In this document: piece after piece, positions 19,001 through 27,700 of the stretch | How positions within the stretch are numbered: position 1 is the stretch's first letter | How the letters are laid out: each line of letters begins with the position of its first letter | Assembly (NCBI GenBank): GCA_046346635.1 | Contig: JAXMHT010000007.1 | Span: 22,283-86,282, forward strand | Direction of reading: 5' to 3' | DNA length: 64,000 nucleotides | Origin: Verrucomicrobiaceae bacterium | GTDB lineage: Bacteria; Verrucomicrobiota; Verrucomicrobiia; Verrucomicrobiales; Verrucomicrobiaceae | Notes under the pieces: generated by a model | What the model was told of the DNA's origin: nothing | The model's database searches: none | What the model saw: only the letters and a program-made list of their open reading frames with translations | Translations under genes and position numbers: made by a program

Positions 19001-19371
19001 CCATAACGCTGAAGCATCGGTATCGATTCGGCGGAGGGGAATCCATGGTGGTGCACGATCAACCCACAGGCAGCACAAAGCTCTATCGGCAAAAGATCAG
19101 CGCCCTCCTCTACAAGATCAGCGACACACGCGTGGGCATGCGGCTCATCAACGGCCCGCAGCCGAACACCAAGGAGTTCGACGGCGACTACGCCACGCTC
19201 GCCGAGGAGATGCGCACCGCACCGATCGGTTGGTGCAAGACCGAGCGCGACTGGGACATTGAGCTATGCCACGTGGCAGGCGGCCCGGTGACGCTGCGTG
19301 TTGCCGATCCGCCGACACCGATCGTGATCAAGAAAGCGCCGCTAGGCTCCCGCGAGGCAAAGGTAAAGTGA
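16021..19371 (+). CDS. Hanks-type Ser/Thr protein kinase with about 9 predicted TM helices and a large C-terminal domain
   Basis: Kinase motifs GRGGMGVVYKA, ALKLL, HRDIKPENLL, DFGIAK and GTPDYAAPEQ. By eye, roughly nine hydrophobic segments span aa 480-800, followed by a ~320-aa non-hydrophobic C-terminal domain. Confidence 0.9.
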   Translation: MSNERHTRAHPTQPESLLEGLSPQDLMAELMQPTQAADTTPAAPPLTPEELAPHFPQLEILECLGRGGMGVVYKARQKSLNRLVALKLLAPERADDPQFAARFEKEAQALAALNHPNIVSVHDFGSVVQSSGLPSDESRGLNHTLYYLLMEFVDGVNLRQLLQTKRLTPKEALSIVPPVCDALQCAHDHGIVHRDIKPENLLIDKSGTVKIADFGIAKIIHRETDTPVCSGSEQTGVSASLPQGTPDYAAPEQSTGTADHRADIYSLGVVLYEMLTGERPKENFTPPSKRVQVDIRIDEIVLRALDKTPELRFATAAEFRTQVEAATQSHGSRATASPASHRLKVTTSTLMTPAELSTVHGQLFALRTRGQLILDDRQLCHTRTGVTTVIPLAAIRDVSLGQYPLAMNPAGISLVSVTYEDAGTLRQVLLSPMEGLFAFPSTWDALAADWHATIRAAVKAATGREPTTTPRDQLGIRGGLPWLRLAIVGVPLLAGLVLFLTNLGMTGRSVGSLMPVMFVTFALVLGFLLPGLFVPWAVRRREVKPPAAPGTRSTWLTFALGILCLPLLMQLLIALMRLFPFTAGGQPSSGGPRFFFGFPEAIILAVIGLLGLRFQHRRENPPTPSSTALTRWHHVFALAGVWWFCSLPFLMWLAAVPRITSTMQLAIALAIIAAPMLWWLARTKLRQWTSQPAGARWLRAWSWVGYCFAVPAIGFAILFIIHAAVSERGAWNPSRGEMLAVPLIAMAAILLPNLSATLWQAAGSGKRTFIGAAMAAIGAITGGVLAFSGGMAAKPWLIRILDMQRPFKVYLAPEGVTGRVVHVRMFRPDPPAALEMRMVLEGPDGDKESRLIPRGYTRNPRPDFFVFPRPSPANQPWTDFGSAKQTLIAFVLPTEELAQQAYRRLGSGPLNFDRLLPPGSFSFDLDPRKPETMICTLFTVADEKGQHFTGSLRFAAELIREGHPRWVEVRSLPTVDSLNTLELSWEVQTSNPSAITLKHRYRFGGGESMVVHDQPTGSTKLYRQKISALLYKISDTRVGMRLINGPQPNTKEFDGDYATLAEEMRTAPIGWCKTERDWDIELCHVAGGPVTLRVADPPTPIVIKKAPLGSREAKVK
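16691..16735. repeat. perfect 16-bp inverted repeat (13-nt spacer) inside the kinase activation-loop coding region
   Basis: CAGACACTCCTGTCTG at 16691-16706 pairs perfectly with CAGACAGGAGTGTCTG at 16720-16735. The element is 45 nt (15 codons, in frame). Each arm is itself a CAGACA-nnnn-TGTCTG mini-palindrome. Confidence 0.9.
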
Positions 19372-19387
19372 TTCACCCAAACATGCC

Positions 19388-20773
19388 ATGAAACTCCACA
19401 CTTTCGTCGCCATCTCACTCATCGCGACCTTCACTAACGCGGCTCCACCCGGGCGCGTCGTCGTTCAGCCATCAAAGCTCCGCCAGCCGTATCAGGGACT
19501 CGGCTGCGGCGCGATGTTTTATGAAGGGCACATCACCAGCCTCGCTGCGCGCGGCAAGGACGACCGCCAGCGCCAGCTATACGACGACATGTTCGCCAAG
19601 GTGAACGCACGTTACCTGCACCTCATGATCCGGCCCACGCACGAGCCGCAGAATGACAATGATGATCCATGGACGCCTGCTTTTGATCCTGCGAACTTCA
19701 AATACTGCGTGCACACGCTCGCCATCGTCAAAGCCGCGCGTGAGCGACGCCCGGACATCGAATTGCTCGCCACCCTCGGCACTCCGCCGGCGTGGATGAA
19801 GACCAACAACAGCGAAGGCGGCGGTGGAAAGGAGAAAGCCACGCTCAAGCCGAAGCTGGAACTCGAGTTCGCCGAATATCTCTGGGCCTTTCTCGCTCAC
19901 ATGGCCCGCAATGGCGCACCGGTGAAGTATCTCGCCATGTCGAACGAGTGCGACTGGCCACATGACCAACCCGGCTGCTTTTTCACGCCGGAGGCACACG
20001 CGAAGCTCTTTGAGATCGTGGGCGATTACCTCGACAAAATGGCCGTGAAGTTCCCCGACGTGCCGCGTGCCCTGCTCGTCGGCCCGAACACGCTCAGCGC
20101 ACCCGCTGCGGTCAGCGGCTACATCCCCGCGATGATGCGGAAGGCCGGAAAACACGTCGCCGTGCTCGCCGCACATGATTACGACATGCGCGGCGACCGC
20201 TGGGGCGACATCCAGCGCCTCGCACGCGGCACGAAGCCCGTGTGGATGACCGAATGGTGTGCACGCGGCGAAGACGACACGCCCGGCCAGATCAAGTCCG
20301 CCATCGACTACGCCAGCGCCATGCAAGCCGGCTTCAGCGGCGGCTGCACCGCCTGGATGGCCTACGACTGGGTTTATCCGAACCGCAAAGCCGGCGAATC
20401 ACTCATCCACGTCGATTGGGGCAATGAGTATGCTTTGAAGAAGCCCTACTGGGTCTTCCGCCAGTGGGGTGCGGCACTCACGTCCGGCATGAGAGTCGTC
20501 GAAACCGCTTCATCGCTCGAAACCGTGAAAGTCACCGCCTTCCTCTCCGCCGAGCGCACACTCGTCGTGCATGTGGTCAACAGCGCAACGCAGGAAACGT
20601 CCGTGCAGCTCGCCATCGGCGGCAATGCGGCCCCATCAGCGCCCGCCACGCGCCACCGCACCAGCACCGCCGAAGACAGTGCCGCATTAGAGCCGCTACA
20701 GCCCGCAGGAAGCGGCTTTGCGGACACTTTGCCCGCGCAATCGCTCACGACGTATCAGTTCACGATTCGGTGA
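19388..20773 (+). CDS. secreted clan GH-A glycoside hydrolase, GH30-like
   Basis: Signal peptide. TPPAWMK, SNECDWP (candidate acid/base Glu) and VWMTEWC (candidate nucleophile Glu), plus a C-terminal beta-sandwich ending SLTTYQFT. The start is 16 nt after the kinase stop. Confidence 0.6.
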   Translation: MKLHTFVAISLIATFTNAAPPGRVVVQPSKLRQPYQGLGCGAMFYEGHITSLAARGKDDRQRQLYDDMFAKVNARYLHLMIRPTHEPQNDNDDPWTPAFDPANFKYCVHTLAIVKAARERRPDIELLATLGTPPAWMKTNNSEGGGGKEKATLKPKLELEFAEYLWAFLAHMARNGAPVKYLAMSNECDWPHDQPGCFFTPEAHAKLFEIVGDYLDKMAVKFPDVPRALLVGPNTLSAPAAVSGYIPAMMRKAGKHVAVLAAHDYDMRGDRWGDIQRLARGTKPVWMTEWCARGEDDTPGQIKSAIDYASAMQAGFSGGCTAWMAYDWVYPNRKAGESLIHVDWGNEYALKKPYWVFRQWGAALTSGMRVVETASSLETVKVTAFLSAERTLVVHVVNSATQETSVQLAIGGNAAPSAPATRHRTSTAEDSAALEPLQPAGSGFADTLPAQSLTTYQFTIR

Positions 20774-20844
20774 CCTGCTCACGCCTGATCGATCCATCCA
20801 CCGCTTCGCTTGTTTGTTGATCGATGTGCTGAGGCTGTCCGTTG

Positions 20845-22623
20845 ATGTTAGAACGCACCATGTGCTCTTTCATGCTCCGTCTTTGTCTTCTCGCTTTCCT
20901 GCTCACTACCGAGGTTCACGCTGAAACGTGGTCTTTGGATGCGGTGGATGATTCGATGACGGCTCGTGGTGTCGTCAAAACGGCTGTGGGAGCTGCTGGC
21001 GGGTGTTTGAAGCTGGATGGAGCTTCGCTCATTGAGTTGAAGGACAGTGCGAAGCTCGCGAGCGGGGCTTTCACGGTGTCGGTGTGGTTCAATCCCTATG
21101 CGCTGGAGGGCGGGCAGCAGATGGTGGTGGGGAAGAATCGGTATTCGCGGGGTGAGAGGCAGTGGGGGCTGATTTTGGAGCCGGATGGGCGATTGAAGGC
21201 TTTTTTGCATCAAGGGGGCTGGAGCACGATTTCATGCGCGGAGACGCTGAAGGCGGGTTCGTGGCATTTCGCAGCTTTGGTGGTCGATTCGGGGCTCGCG
21301 AGGCTGTTTTTGAATGGGAAGCCAGTGGGCGAGGTGAAGCTGAAAATGCCCATTTTAGCCACGGAGGCCCCGATCACGCTGGGAGGCATTTTTGATGAGG
21401 GGAAGGCACGGCAGACTTTCCTCGGAGCGTTGGATGAGGTGCGCATCGAGCCTCGGGCGATGAGTGCGGAGGAGATCGCGGCTTTGTTCAAGCCGGTGAC
21501 GAGCACGCATGAGCTGCCGAAGCCGAAGACAGCGGATTTTCCGCTTTGGGATGCCTCACAAAAGCTCGCAGAGGCCAAGGAGCTGCCGGTGCTCGAGGGG
21601 GTGGCGTTTCATATCATCAAGAAGTGGGACAAGGAGGCCGATGGTTACACCTTCCTGCATGGTGTGGGGCTTTGCTGGCACAAGGGAAAGCTCTACGCGT
21701 CCATCGGACACAACAAGGGCGATGAGAACACGGTGACTGAAGAAGCGCAGTATCGCGTGAGCGAGGATGGCGGCCAAACATGGAGCGAACTGCGAGTGAT
21801 CGATGCGGGTGAGGAAAAAGACCTCGCGGTGAGTCACGGCGTGTTCGTTTCGCATGGCGGCAAGCTGTGGGCTTTTCACGGGGCGTATTACAACCACATG
21901 GAGCGCATCCACACGCGGGCCTATTCGCTGGATGAAACGACGGGCGAATGGGTGAAGCACGGTGTGGTGATCGAGAACGGCTTCTGGGCGCTGAATCAGC
22001 CGGTGAAGATGCGCGATGGGAACTGGATCATGCCCGGCATCAGCGCGGGGCCTTACTCAAACACCGGCGTCTTCCCCGCGGCGGTGGCGATCAGTCATGG
22101 CGATGATTTCACGAAGTGGGACTTCGTCGGCATCCCGGTGCATGACGGCATTCGCTTATGGGGTGAGTCGTCGATCATCCTGGATGGGCCGAACGTGCTA
22201 AACATCGCCCGCTACGGCGGCAAGCCGCTCGCTTTGATCTCGAAGAGCACGGACTACGGCCGCACGTGGACCACGATGGGCGAGAGCAATCTGCCCATGA
22301 CCACCAGCAAGCCCGCTGCAGGCATGCTGAGCAATGGTCGCCGCTATCTCGTGTGCACGAATGCGGCGAACAACGGCGGTCGGCGTGCTCCGCTAACCAT
22401 CGCGATCAGCGAGCCGGGCAAAGAAGTGCTCAGCAAGGTCTTCGTCATCCGCCACGCCGAGCACAGCGGTCCCGGCGAGTCGAATCCGAAGGCCTCGCTC
22501 AGCTATCCCTGCGCCACCGAGCACGACGGCAAACTCTACATCGGCTTCTCCAACAACGGCGGCCGCAAAGGCAACCTCAACAGCGCCGAGATGGCCGTGA
22601 TTCCGATCGAGCGGCTGAAGTAA
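20845..22623 (+). CDS. LamG (concanavalin-like) domain + BNR/Asp-box sialidase-like beta-propeller protein
   Basis: The N-terminal LamG pattern runs FTVSVWFNP...LDEVRIEPRAMSAEEI. Asp-box motifs SEDGGQTWSE and STDYGRTWTT are present. A signal peptide follows the ATG at 20845; the ORF opens with TTG at 20842. Confidence 0.7.
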   Translation: MLERTMCSFMLRLCLLAFLLTTEVHAETWSLDAVDDSMTARGVVKTAVGAAGGCLKLDGASLIELKDSAKLASGAFTVSVWFNPYALEGGQQMVVGKNRYSRGERQWGLILEPDGRLKAFLHQGGWSTISCAETLKAGSWHFAALVVDSGLARLFLNGKPVGEVKLKMPILATEAPITLGGIFDEGKARQTFLGALDEVRIEPRAMSAEEIAALFKPVTSTHELPKPKTADFPLWDASQKLAEAKELPVLEGVAFHIIKKWDKEADGYTFLHGVGLCWHKGKLYASIGHNKGDENTVTEEAQYRVSEDGGQTWSELRVIDAGEEKDLAVSHGVFVSHGGKLWAFHGAYYNHMERIHTRAYSLDETTGEWVKHGVVIENGFWALNQPVKMRDGNWIMPGISAGPYSNTGVFPAAVAISHGDDFTKWDFVGIPVHDGIRLWGESSIILDGPNVLNIARYGGKPLALISKSTDYGRTWTTMGESNLPMTTSKPAAGMLSNGRRYLVCTNAANNGGRRAPLTIAISEPGKEVLSKVFVIRHAEHSGPGESNPKASLSYPCATEHDGKLYIGFSNNGGRKGNLNSAEMAVIPIERLK

Positions 22624-22687
22624 TGGGGCCATTCCTGGCCCCAGGTGGCAAAACGGGGCAGGAATGCCCCGGATACAGGCTTCGCAC
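22621..22687 (+). repeat. 67-bp palindromic intergenic repeat, copy A
   Basis: TAATGGGGCCATTCCTGGCCCC-(11 nt)-CGGGGCAGGAATGCCCCGG-ATACAGGCTTCGCAC. The same architecture and length occur at 23587-23653. The first three bases are the stop codon of the upstream gene. Confidence 0.8.
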
Positions 22688-22689
22688 GA

Positions 22690-23529
22690 TCAAACCTCCG
22701 CGTAAGCCTCGCCGAGCTTGGTGAGCGTGCCGCTGGCATCGAAGAGGGCTGAGCAACCAGTTGGCGTGTTTCCCGCACCGGTGCCGAACCATGCGTAGCG
22801 CTCCACATCGTTCGAACGCTCCAAACGCGGCAGCGCATCTTTGATGAAGCGCAGCACATCTTTTTCGGCGTGCTGGTTCTTGCCGGTTTTCGTCGCGCTC
22901 CAGTCGGCGGGGCAAAACTCGGTGATCCACACGGGGCGTTTGTAGAGTCGCGCGATCTTGTCCACGTGCGAGGTGAGCTGCGAGGCGCTCGGGCCGCCAT
23001 ACCAGTGGATGGTGATGAAATCGATGCGGTATTTGCGCTTCAGCGCCTCCTTCATGAAGGCCTGCATCCACGGACTGTCCGCATGCACGCCCGCCGGGCT
23101 GCCGAGCGGCAGATTGAGCTCCTCCAGCTTCGGCCAGACCGCCAGTGCCTGTTCGACGGTCGTGTTACCTTGGTCCTTACCTTCAGGTTCGTTGAAACCG
23201 AGCACGGCGGGCGGTTTGTTGGCGAGATCGCTGCGAATTTCATCCACGGCCTTCGCGGCGAACTGGTTCTCGTTGTCTTTGAAGACCATCGGCACCCATT
23301 CGATGCTCTCCGGCAGGCCTGCGGGGCGTTTCGAGGTCCAGTTGTAGATCCAGCTCACTTTCAGCTCGGCGAGCTTCGCCGGGGTGATCAGACCGCGGAC
23401 GCCCGTCGCGTAGCCTTTTTTGCCGACCTTCTTGCTGGCGGACTGTGCCAGAGCCGAATCGGCAAGGAGCAGCGTGGATAGCGAAAGGCTGGAATGCAGA
23501 AAGTGACGGCGCGTGGGGAGAGTGATCAT
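22690..23529 (-). CDS. Tat-exported glycoside hydrolase, Glyco_hydro_cc / GH128-like
   Basis: ORF 22690..23664. The ATG at 23527-23529 gives MITLPTRRHFLHSSL (twin-arginine). Motifs WIYNW, LGFNEPEG, ITIHWYGG and VWITEFC are present. Confidence 0.7.
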   Translation of the reverse strand: MITLPTRRHFLHSSLSLSTLLLADSALAQSASKKVGKKGYATGVRGLITPAKLAELKVSWIYNWTSKRPAGLPESIEWVPMVFKDNENQFAAKAVDEIRSDLANKPPAVLGFNEPEGKDQGNTTVEQALAVWPKLEELNLPLGSPAGVHADSPWMQAFMKEALKRKYRIDFITIHWYGGPSASQLTSHVDKIARLYKRPVWITEFCPADWSATKTGKNQHAEKDVLRFIKDALPRLERSNDVERYAWFGTGAGNTPTGCSALFDASGTLTKLGEAYAEV

Positions 23530-23586
23530 GCGCTGTGGTTGTATCAGAACGGCTGCGCGATGGTCAATGAGCATGTTCAGCCGACG

Positions 23587-23653
23587 TAATGGGGCCATTC
23601 CTGGCCCCGAGTTTCGCAGCGGGGCAGGGATGCCCCGGTTACAGGCTTCGCAC
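23587..23653 (+). repeat. 67-bp palindromic intergenic repeat, copy B
   Basis: TAATGGGGCCATTCCTGGCCCC-(11 nt)-CGGGGCAGGGATGCCCCGG-TTACAGGCTTCGCAC. The arms are conserved relative to copy A while the 11-nt spacer is completely different. Its 3' part encodes the last residues and the stop codon of the LacI-family gene on the minus strand. Confidence 0.8.
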
Positions 23654-24679
23654 ACTCGGTCCATCTACCCAGCGCGGCGGAATCATGATCTGGCGCGGCA
23701 CCGCAGGCACGCCGTGCTCGTGCTGCGAGAGTTGCGTGACGATCAAATCGACCGCCGCTGCCGCGAGATGGTCGCGTTGCTGATAAATGCCCGCGAAGCC
23801 TTCCATCTTCGGCGTCCAGTCATGCACCACGAAGCCGATGTCGTTCGGGAATCGCAGGCCGAGTCGCTTCAGCCAGCCGGGCACGTGCGTGTCGAAGGTG
23901 ATGAGTGCGTCCGGCCGATGTTCGCGCATCCATTTCGAGAAGGCGTCGAAGCCTTGGCTGATGTCGTTGCTTGGAAAGAGCAGCAGCGGCACGCGGTCCG
24001 CCGCCGCCAGTCCGTGCTGCCAGTGAAACAGGCCGCCGCTGTAGCCGAACTGCGAGCGATTCACGATCCACTTCGTCACCGCCACGCCGATGCGCTGATA
24101 GCCACGGGCCGCGAGCTGCTCGGCCGCCATGTGGATGCCCAGCGTCATGTTCCCCGCGCACATGTGCAGTGCGGGCGAGCTCATCGCATTGCCGAACGTC
24201 ATCGCCGCGAAGGGAGAGTAGTCGAGCCTGCTGCATGGCAGCGTCATGCTCTGCGGAGAAACGATCACGCCTTCGATGCCTCGTGCGTGCAGGATCTTTT
24301 GCAGCTTCTTCGGCGTGAGGCCGTCCTTGCCCAAGTAAAACTCCTCCACGGCATAACCATGCCCGTGCGCACGGCGTCGGATGTCCTCAATCGGCACATA
24401 TTGATACGAAGGCCCCAGCAACCCATCCTGCGGCACATGCTCGCGGATGACGGCGATCACCGCCCGCAGCCGCTTTTCCTTCTTCCCACGCACGACCTGC
24501 ATCATGCGCATCAAATGCGGGTCCGGCTGGTAATCGAGACGCTTCGCCTCCTTCAAAATCAGCTCCCGCTTCTCCGCCGCCACCTTCGGTGCTCCACGCA
24601 GCACCCGCGACACCGTCATGATCGACACCCCGGTGGCACGGGCGATGTCTTTGAGAGTGGGTGACGAGGTGGTAGGCAT
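23639..24679 (-). CDS. LacI-family transcriptional regulator
   Basis: ORF 23639..24730. The ATG at 24677-24679 gives MPTTSSPTLKDIARATGVSIMTVSRVLRG, the classic LacI helix-turn-helix. A periplasmic-binding-protein-like sugar-binding core follows. Confidence 0.85.
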   Translation of the reverse strand: MPTTSSPTLKDIARATGVSIMTVSRVLRGAPKVAAEKRELILKEAKRLDYQPDPHLMRMMQVVRGKKEKRLRAVIAVIREHVPQDGLLGPSYQYVPIEDIRRRAHGHGYAVEEFYLGKDGLTPKKLQKILHARGIEGVIVSPQSMTLPCSRLDYSPFAAMTFGNAMSSPALHMCAGNMTLGIHMAAEQLAARGYQRIGVAVTKWIVNRSQFGYSGGLFHWQHGLAAADRVPLLLFPSNDISQGFDAFSKWMREHRPDALITFDTHVPGWLKRLGLRFPNDIGFVVHDWTPKMEGFAGIYQQRDHLAAAAVDLIVTQLSQHEHGVPAVPRQIMIPPRWVDGPSVRSL

Positions 24680-24681
24680 GA

Positions 24682-24694
24682 TGTTAGCATAACA
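24682..24694. promoter_or_regulatory. candidate LacI-type operator TGTTA-gca-TAACA
   Basis: 5+5 bp palindrome lying 3 nt from the LacI-family start codon, in the 71-bp divergent region shared with the 1753-aa glycosidase gene. It has an odd-length centre, so it is weaker than canonical LacI operators. Confidence 0.3.
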
Positions 24695-24750
24695 CGCCAC
24701 ACACTCATTCAAGGCGCGAAATCCCTCCACCAGCCCCGTTTTCTCGCATC

Positions 24751-27700
24751 ATGCTCGTTCGCTCCATTCTCTGCCTCTTCGCGTTTACCATCTTGCTCGG
24801 CAGTTCGCTCCTCGCCGAACGCCTTTCGGCCCCAAAGCGCGTCTGGCAGGGCATTCCCGGCCTCGAACGCACTGCCAAAGGGCGTGTCTTCATGTCGTGG
24901 TTCAGCGGTGGCCCCAAGGAGCCCGCGCCTGAAAACGAGGTACTGCTGTGCTGGAGCGATGACGGCGCGAAGACCTTCACCGCGCCGCAGGTGATGGGCA
25001 AGCCGGGGAATGGCACGCGATGCTTTGACCCGACGCTGTGGATCGATCCGAAAGGTCGCCTTTGGTATGTCTTCAATCGCGGCAACAAGGACACGGCGGT
25101 GCATGATGTGCATGCGCGGATCTGTGAGCAACCCGACGCCTCGCCGCCGGTCTTCGGGGCGGAATTTCGTGTGGGCTTTGATGAGGCTCCCTTCTCCTTT
25201 CGCATGAACAAACCCACGGTGCTGTCCTCGGGCGAATGGATCATGCCGGTCACGCATGCGGCGAAACCGACGCACGAATGGTTCCCGATGTCCGACCAGC
25301 TCCAAGGCGTGGCCATTTCCATGAATGAAGGTCGCACATGGAAGCTGCATGGCGCTCTCAACACGCCGAAGTGGGCTCTGGAGTGCATGATCACGGAGCT
25401 GAACGATGGCCGTCTGTGGCTTCTCACCCGCACGGGCAGCGGCTTCCTCTGGGAGAGCCATTCATCGGACAAAGGCAAGACGTGGAACGAGCCGAAGGCC
25501 AGCACCATCGCGAATCCTGGATCGCGCTTTTTCATCCGCCGTCTCGCTTCCGGCAATTTGCTGCTCGTGAACCACTACAAGTTCACCGGCCGCAGTCACC
25601 TCACCGCACACATCTCCACCGATGATGGCAAGACATGGAACGACGGACTGCTGCTCGATGAACGCAAGGGCGTCTCGTATCCCGACGGTGTGCAGGACCG
25701 GCACGGGCTCATCTGGATCACCTACGACCGTGATCGCGGCGGCGCGGGCGAGATATTGCTCGCGAAGTTCAAGGAGGAAGATGCACTCGCTGGCAAGGAC
25801 GTGTCGGGTGCGGTGAGCCTGAAGCAGGTAGTGAGCAAGCTCGACAAGCCCTCGCTTCTTCCTGCCAACTGGGACCCGGCGCTCGCGGGCGACATCGTCA
25901 TGCGCCGCCTCGTGAATACCTCCGCGCCGCAGGTGAAGGGGGCGCATGATGCGGAGTTTGTTTGTGTGGGCGAAAAGGCCTACCTCGTCGCGGAGGCGAA
26001 TGATGTGAAGGCGGGCGAGAGCGCCGGGTGGCCGTTCATTTATGCCACGATGTCCATCGTGAACCTCCACACGCTCAAAACCGAGCACGTGATCGATTTC
26101 GCGAAGAGCGAGCAGAAGTTCGATAACGAGACACTGCCCGTCGGCGCGTGTTTTGTGCCTCGCATCATCCAAAAGGATACCGACACGCTGCGCTGCTACT
26201 TCACCAGCGAAGATCCGGGCAGGCGGCAGTCGCAGATGTGGTATCGCGACTTCGATCTGAAGCTCGGCGAGTTCACGCCGACCATCCACAAGGCCAGGCT
26301 CAAGACCGCGGCGGGCACCTTTGACTTCCAGCCGCAGCATTTTCATGCCGACGCAGCCGCTCAGGGCTTCACGAAGAAGGCCAGCGACTCTTCCTTCTTC
26401 ATCTTCGACTCCTTCAAGCGCTTCGACGGCAAACTCTACGTCGCGCTGAACAACTTCACCGGGAAGCAAAACGCCCTCTCGCTCGTGCACGACGACCTCG
26501 CGACCTTCGAGGTGCTCGGCCACTACAACGAGCCGCAGGCCGAGCAACTCAGCGAGTCCGCCGTGAACCGACTGCCCGACGGCACCTGGATGGCCATCTG
26601 CCGCAACGACAAGGGCAACTATCACTTCACCACCAGCCGCGATGGCAAAACCTGGAGCACTGGCAAGCCGCTGCCGCAGGTGCCGAACGGTGCGAACTCC
26701 AAACCGACCTTCGACCAGTTCGGCGGCGTGTATTACCTCGGCTGGCAGGAGGCCACGCGCATGCAAAACATCGGCCGCAGCATCTTCAACGTGGACATTT
26801 CCCGCGACGGCCAGACGTGGCAGCGCAAATACCGCTTCGAGACGCCGAAGTCCTTCCAATACCCCACCTTCCACGAGCACAACGGCACCATCTGGCTCTG
26901 CGTCACCCAAGGCGACACCTCCGACAGCCGCAAAGAGCGCATCATGTTCGGCAAGCTAGAGTCCATCGGCGACTTCGAGCCTCAAACCGGCCAAAAGCGC
27001 ATCGCCTGGCCCGCCCCACCACCACCCGAGCCTGCCTTCATGAAACCCGGCGTTAAGCTCTTCACCGACCGCGAGTATCTCATCGACGAAATGCCCGCAA
27101 CCGTCCATGGCCTGCCGTTTCATCGCACGAGCATCGAAAAACTCGACGTGACCGTCACGAAGCCCGGCACCCTCTTCGCCCTCACGCCGACCATTCGCCC
27201 GAAAGCAGCGAGTCAGGAAGAAGCGCTGCAAAAAGCCGGTTTCACCAAAGTCGATGTGCCTGAGGTGCAGTTTTTCGCCAGTGAGGTGAATCGCGTGAGC
27301 CTGTATCGCAAAGCGGTGAAGGCCGGTGAACGGCTTCAGTTCAAAAAGATGGTGCTGCTGGTGCTCGCGGAGGGCGCGATGGTTCAGGAGATGGATGGAT
27401 TGTCGCCCTCCGTGATCTTGAACCCCGGCGCGGAGTTTCAGGATGACGCACGAAGCGGTGCGATGATCATCGGGATGGATCGCACGCCGAAAGGGCGAAT
27501 CTGGGGCTGCTGGACGGGGACGGGGGACAAGCCGGATGGCTATTTTCTATTGGCGACGAGCGATGACGATGGCGCGACGTGGTCAAAGCCACGCGTGGCG
27601 GTCGGGGCGCGGTTGGAGGCGGCGCAAAAGGTGAGCGGGGCGCTGGTGGGGAATCTTTGGACAGACCCGAAGGGGCGCTTGTGGCTCTTTTTTGATCAGC

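Noticed and set aside
22621-23653. Integron-like cassette (attC-like imperfect palindromes flanking one gene).
   Set aside because: No integron integrase, attI or Pc promoter is present in the window, and the repeats overlap the ends of flanking resident genes. I kept it only as a REP/MITE-like repeat finding.
22621-23783. The two repeat copies translate to similar peptides (MGPFLAPGGKTGQECPGYRLRT and MGPFLAPSFAAGQGCPGYRLRT), which could suggest a small repeated gene.
   Set aside because: The similarity follows the palindromic DNA arms and breaks exactly in the variable 11-nt spacer. The frames run into neighbouring genes on the opposite strand. A structured DNA/RNA repeat is the simpler explanation.
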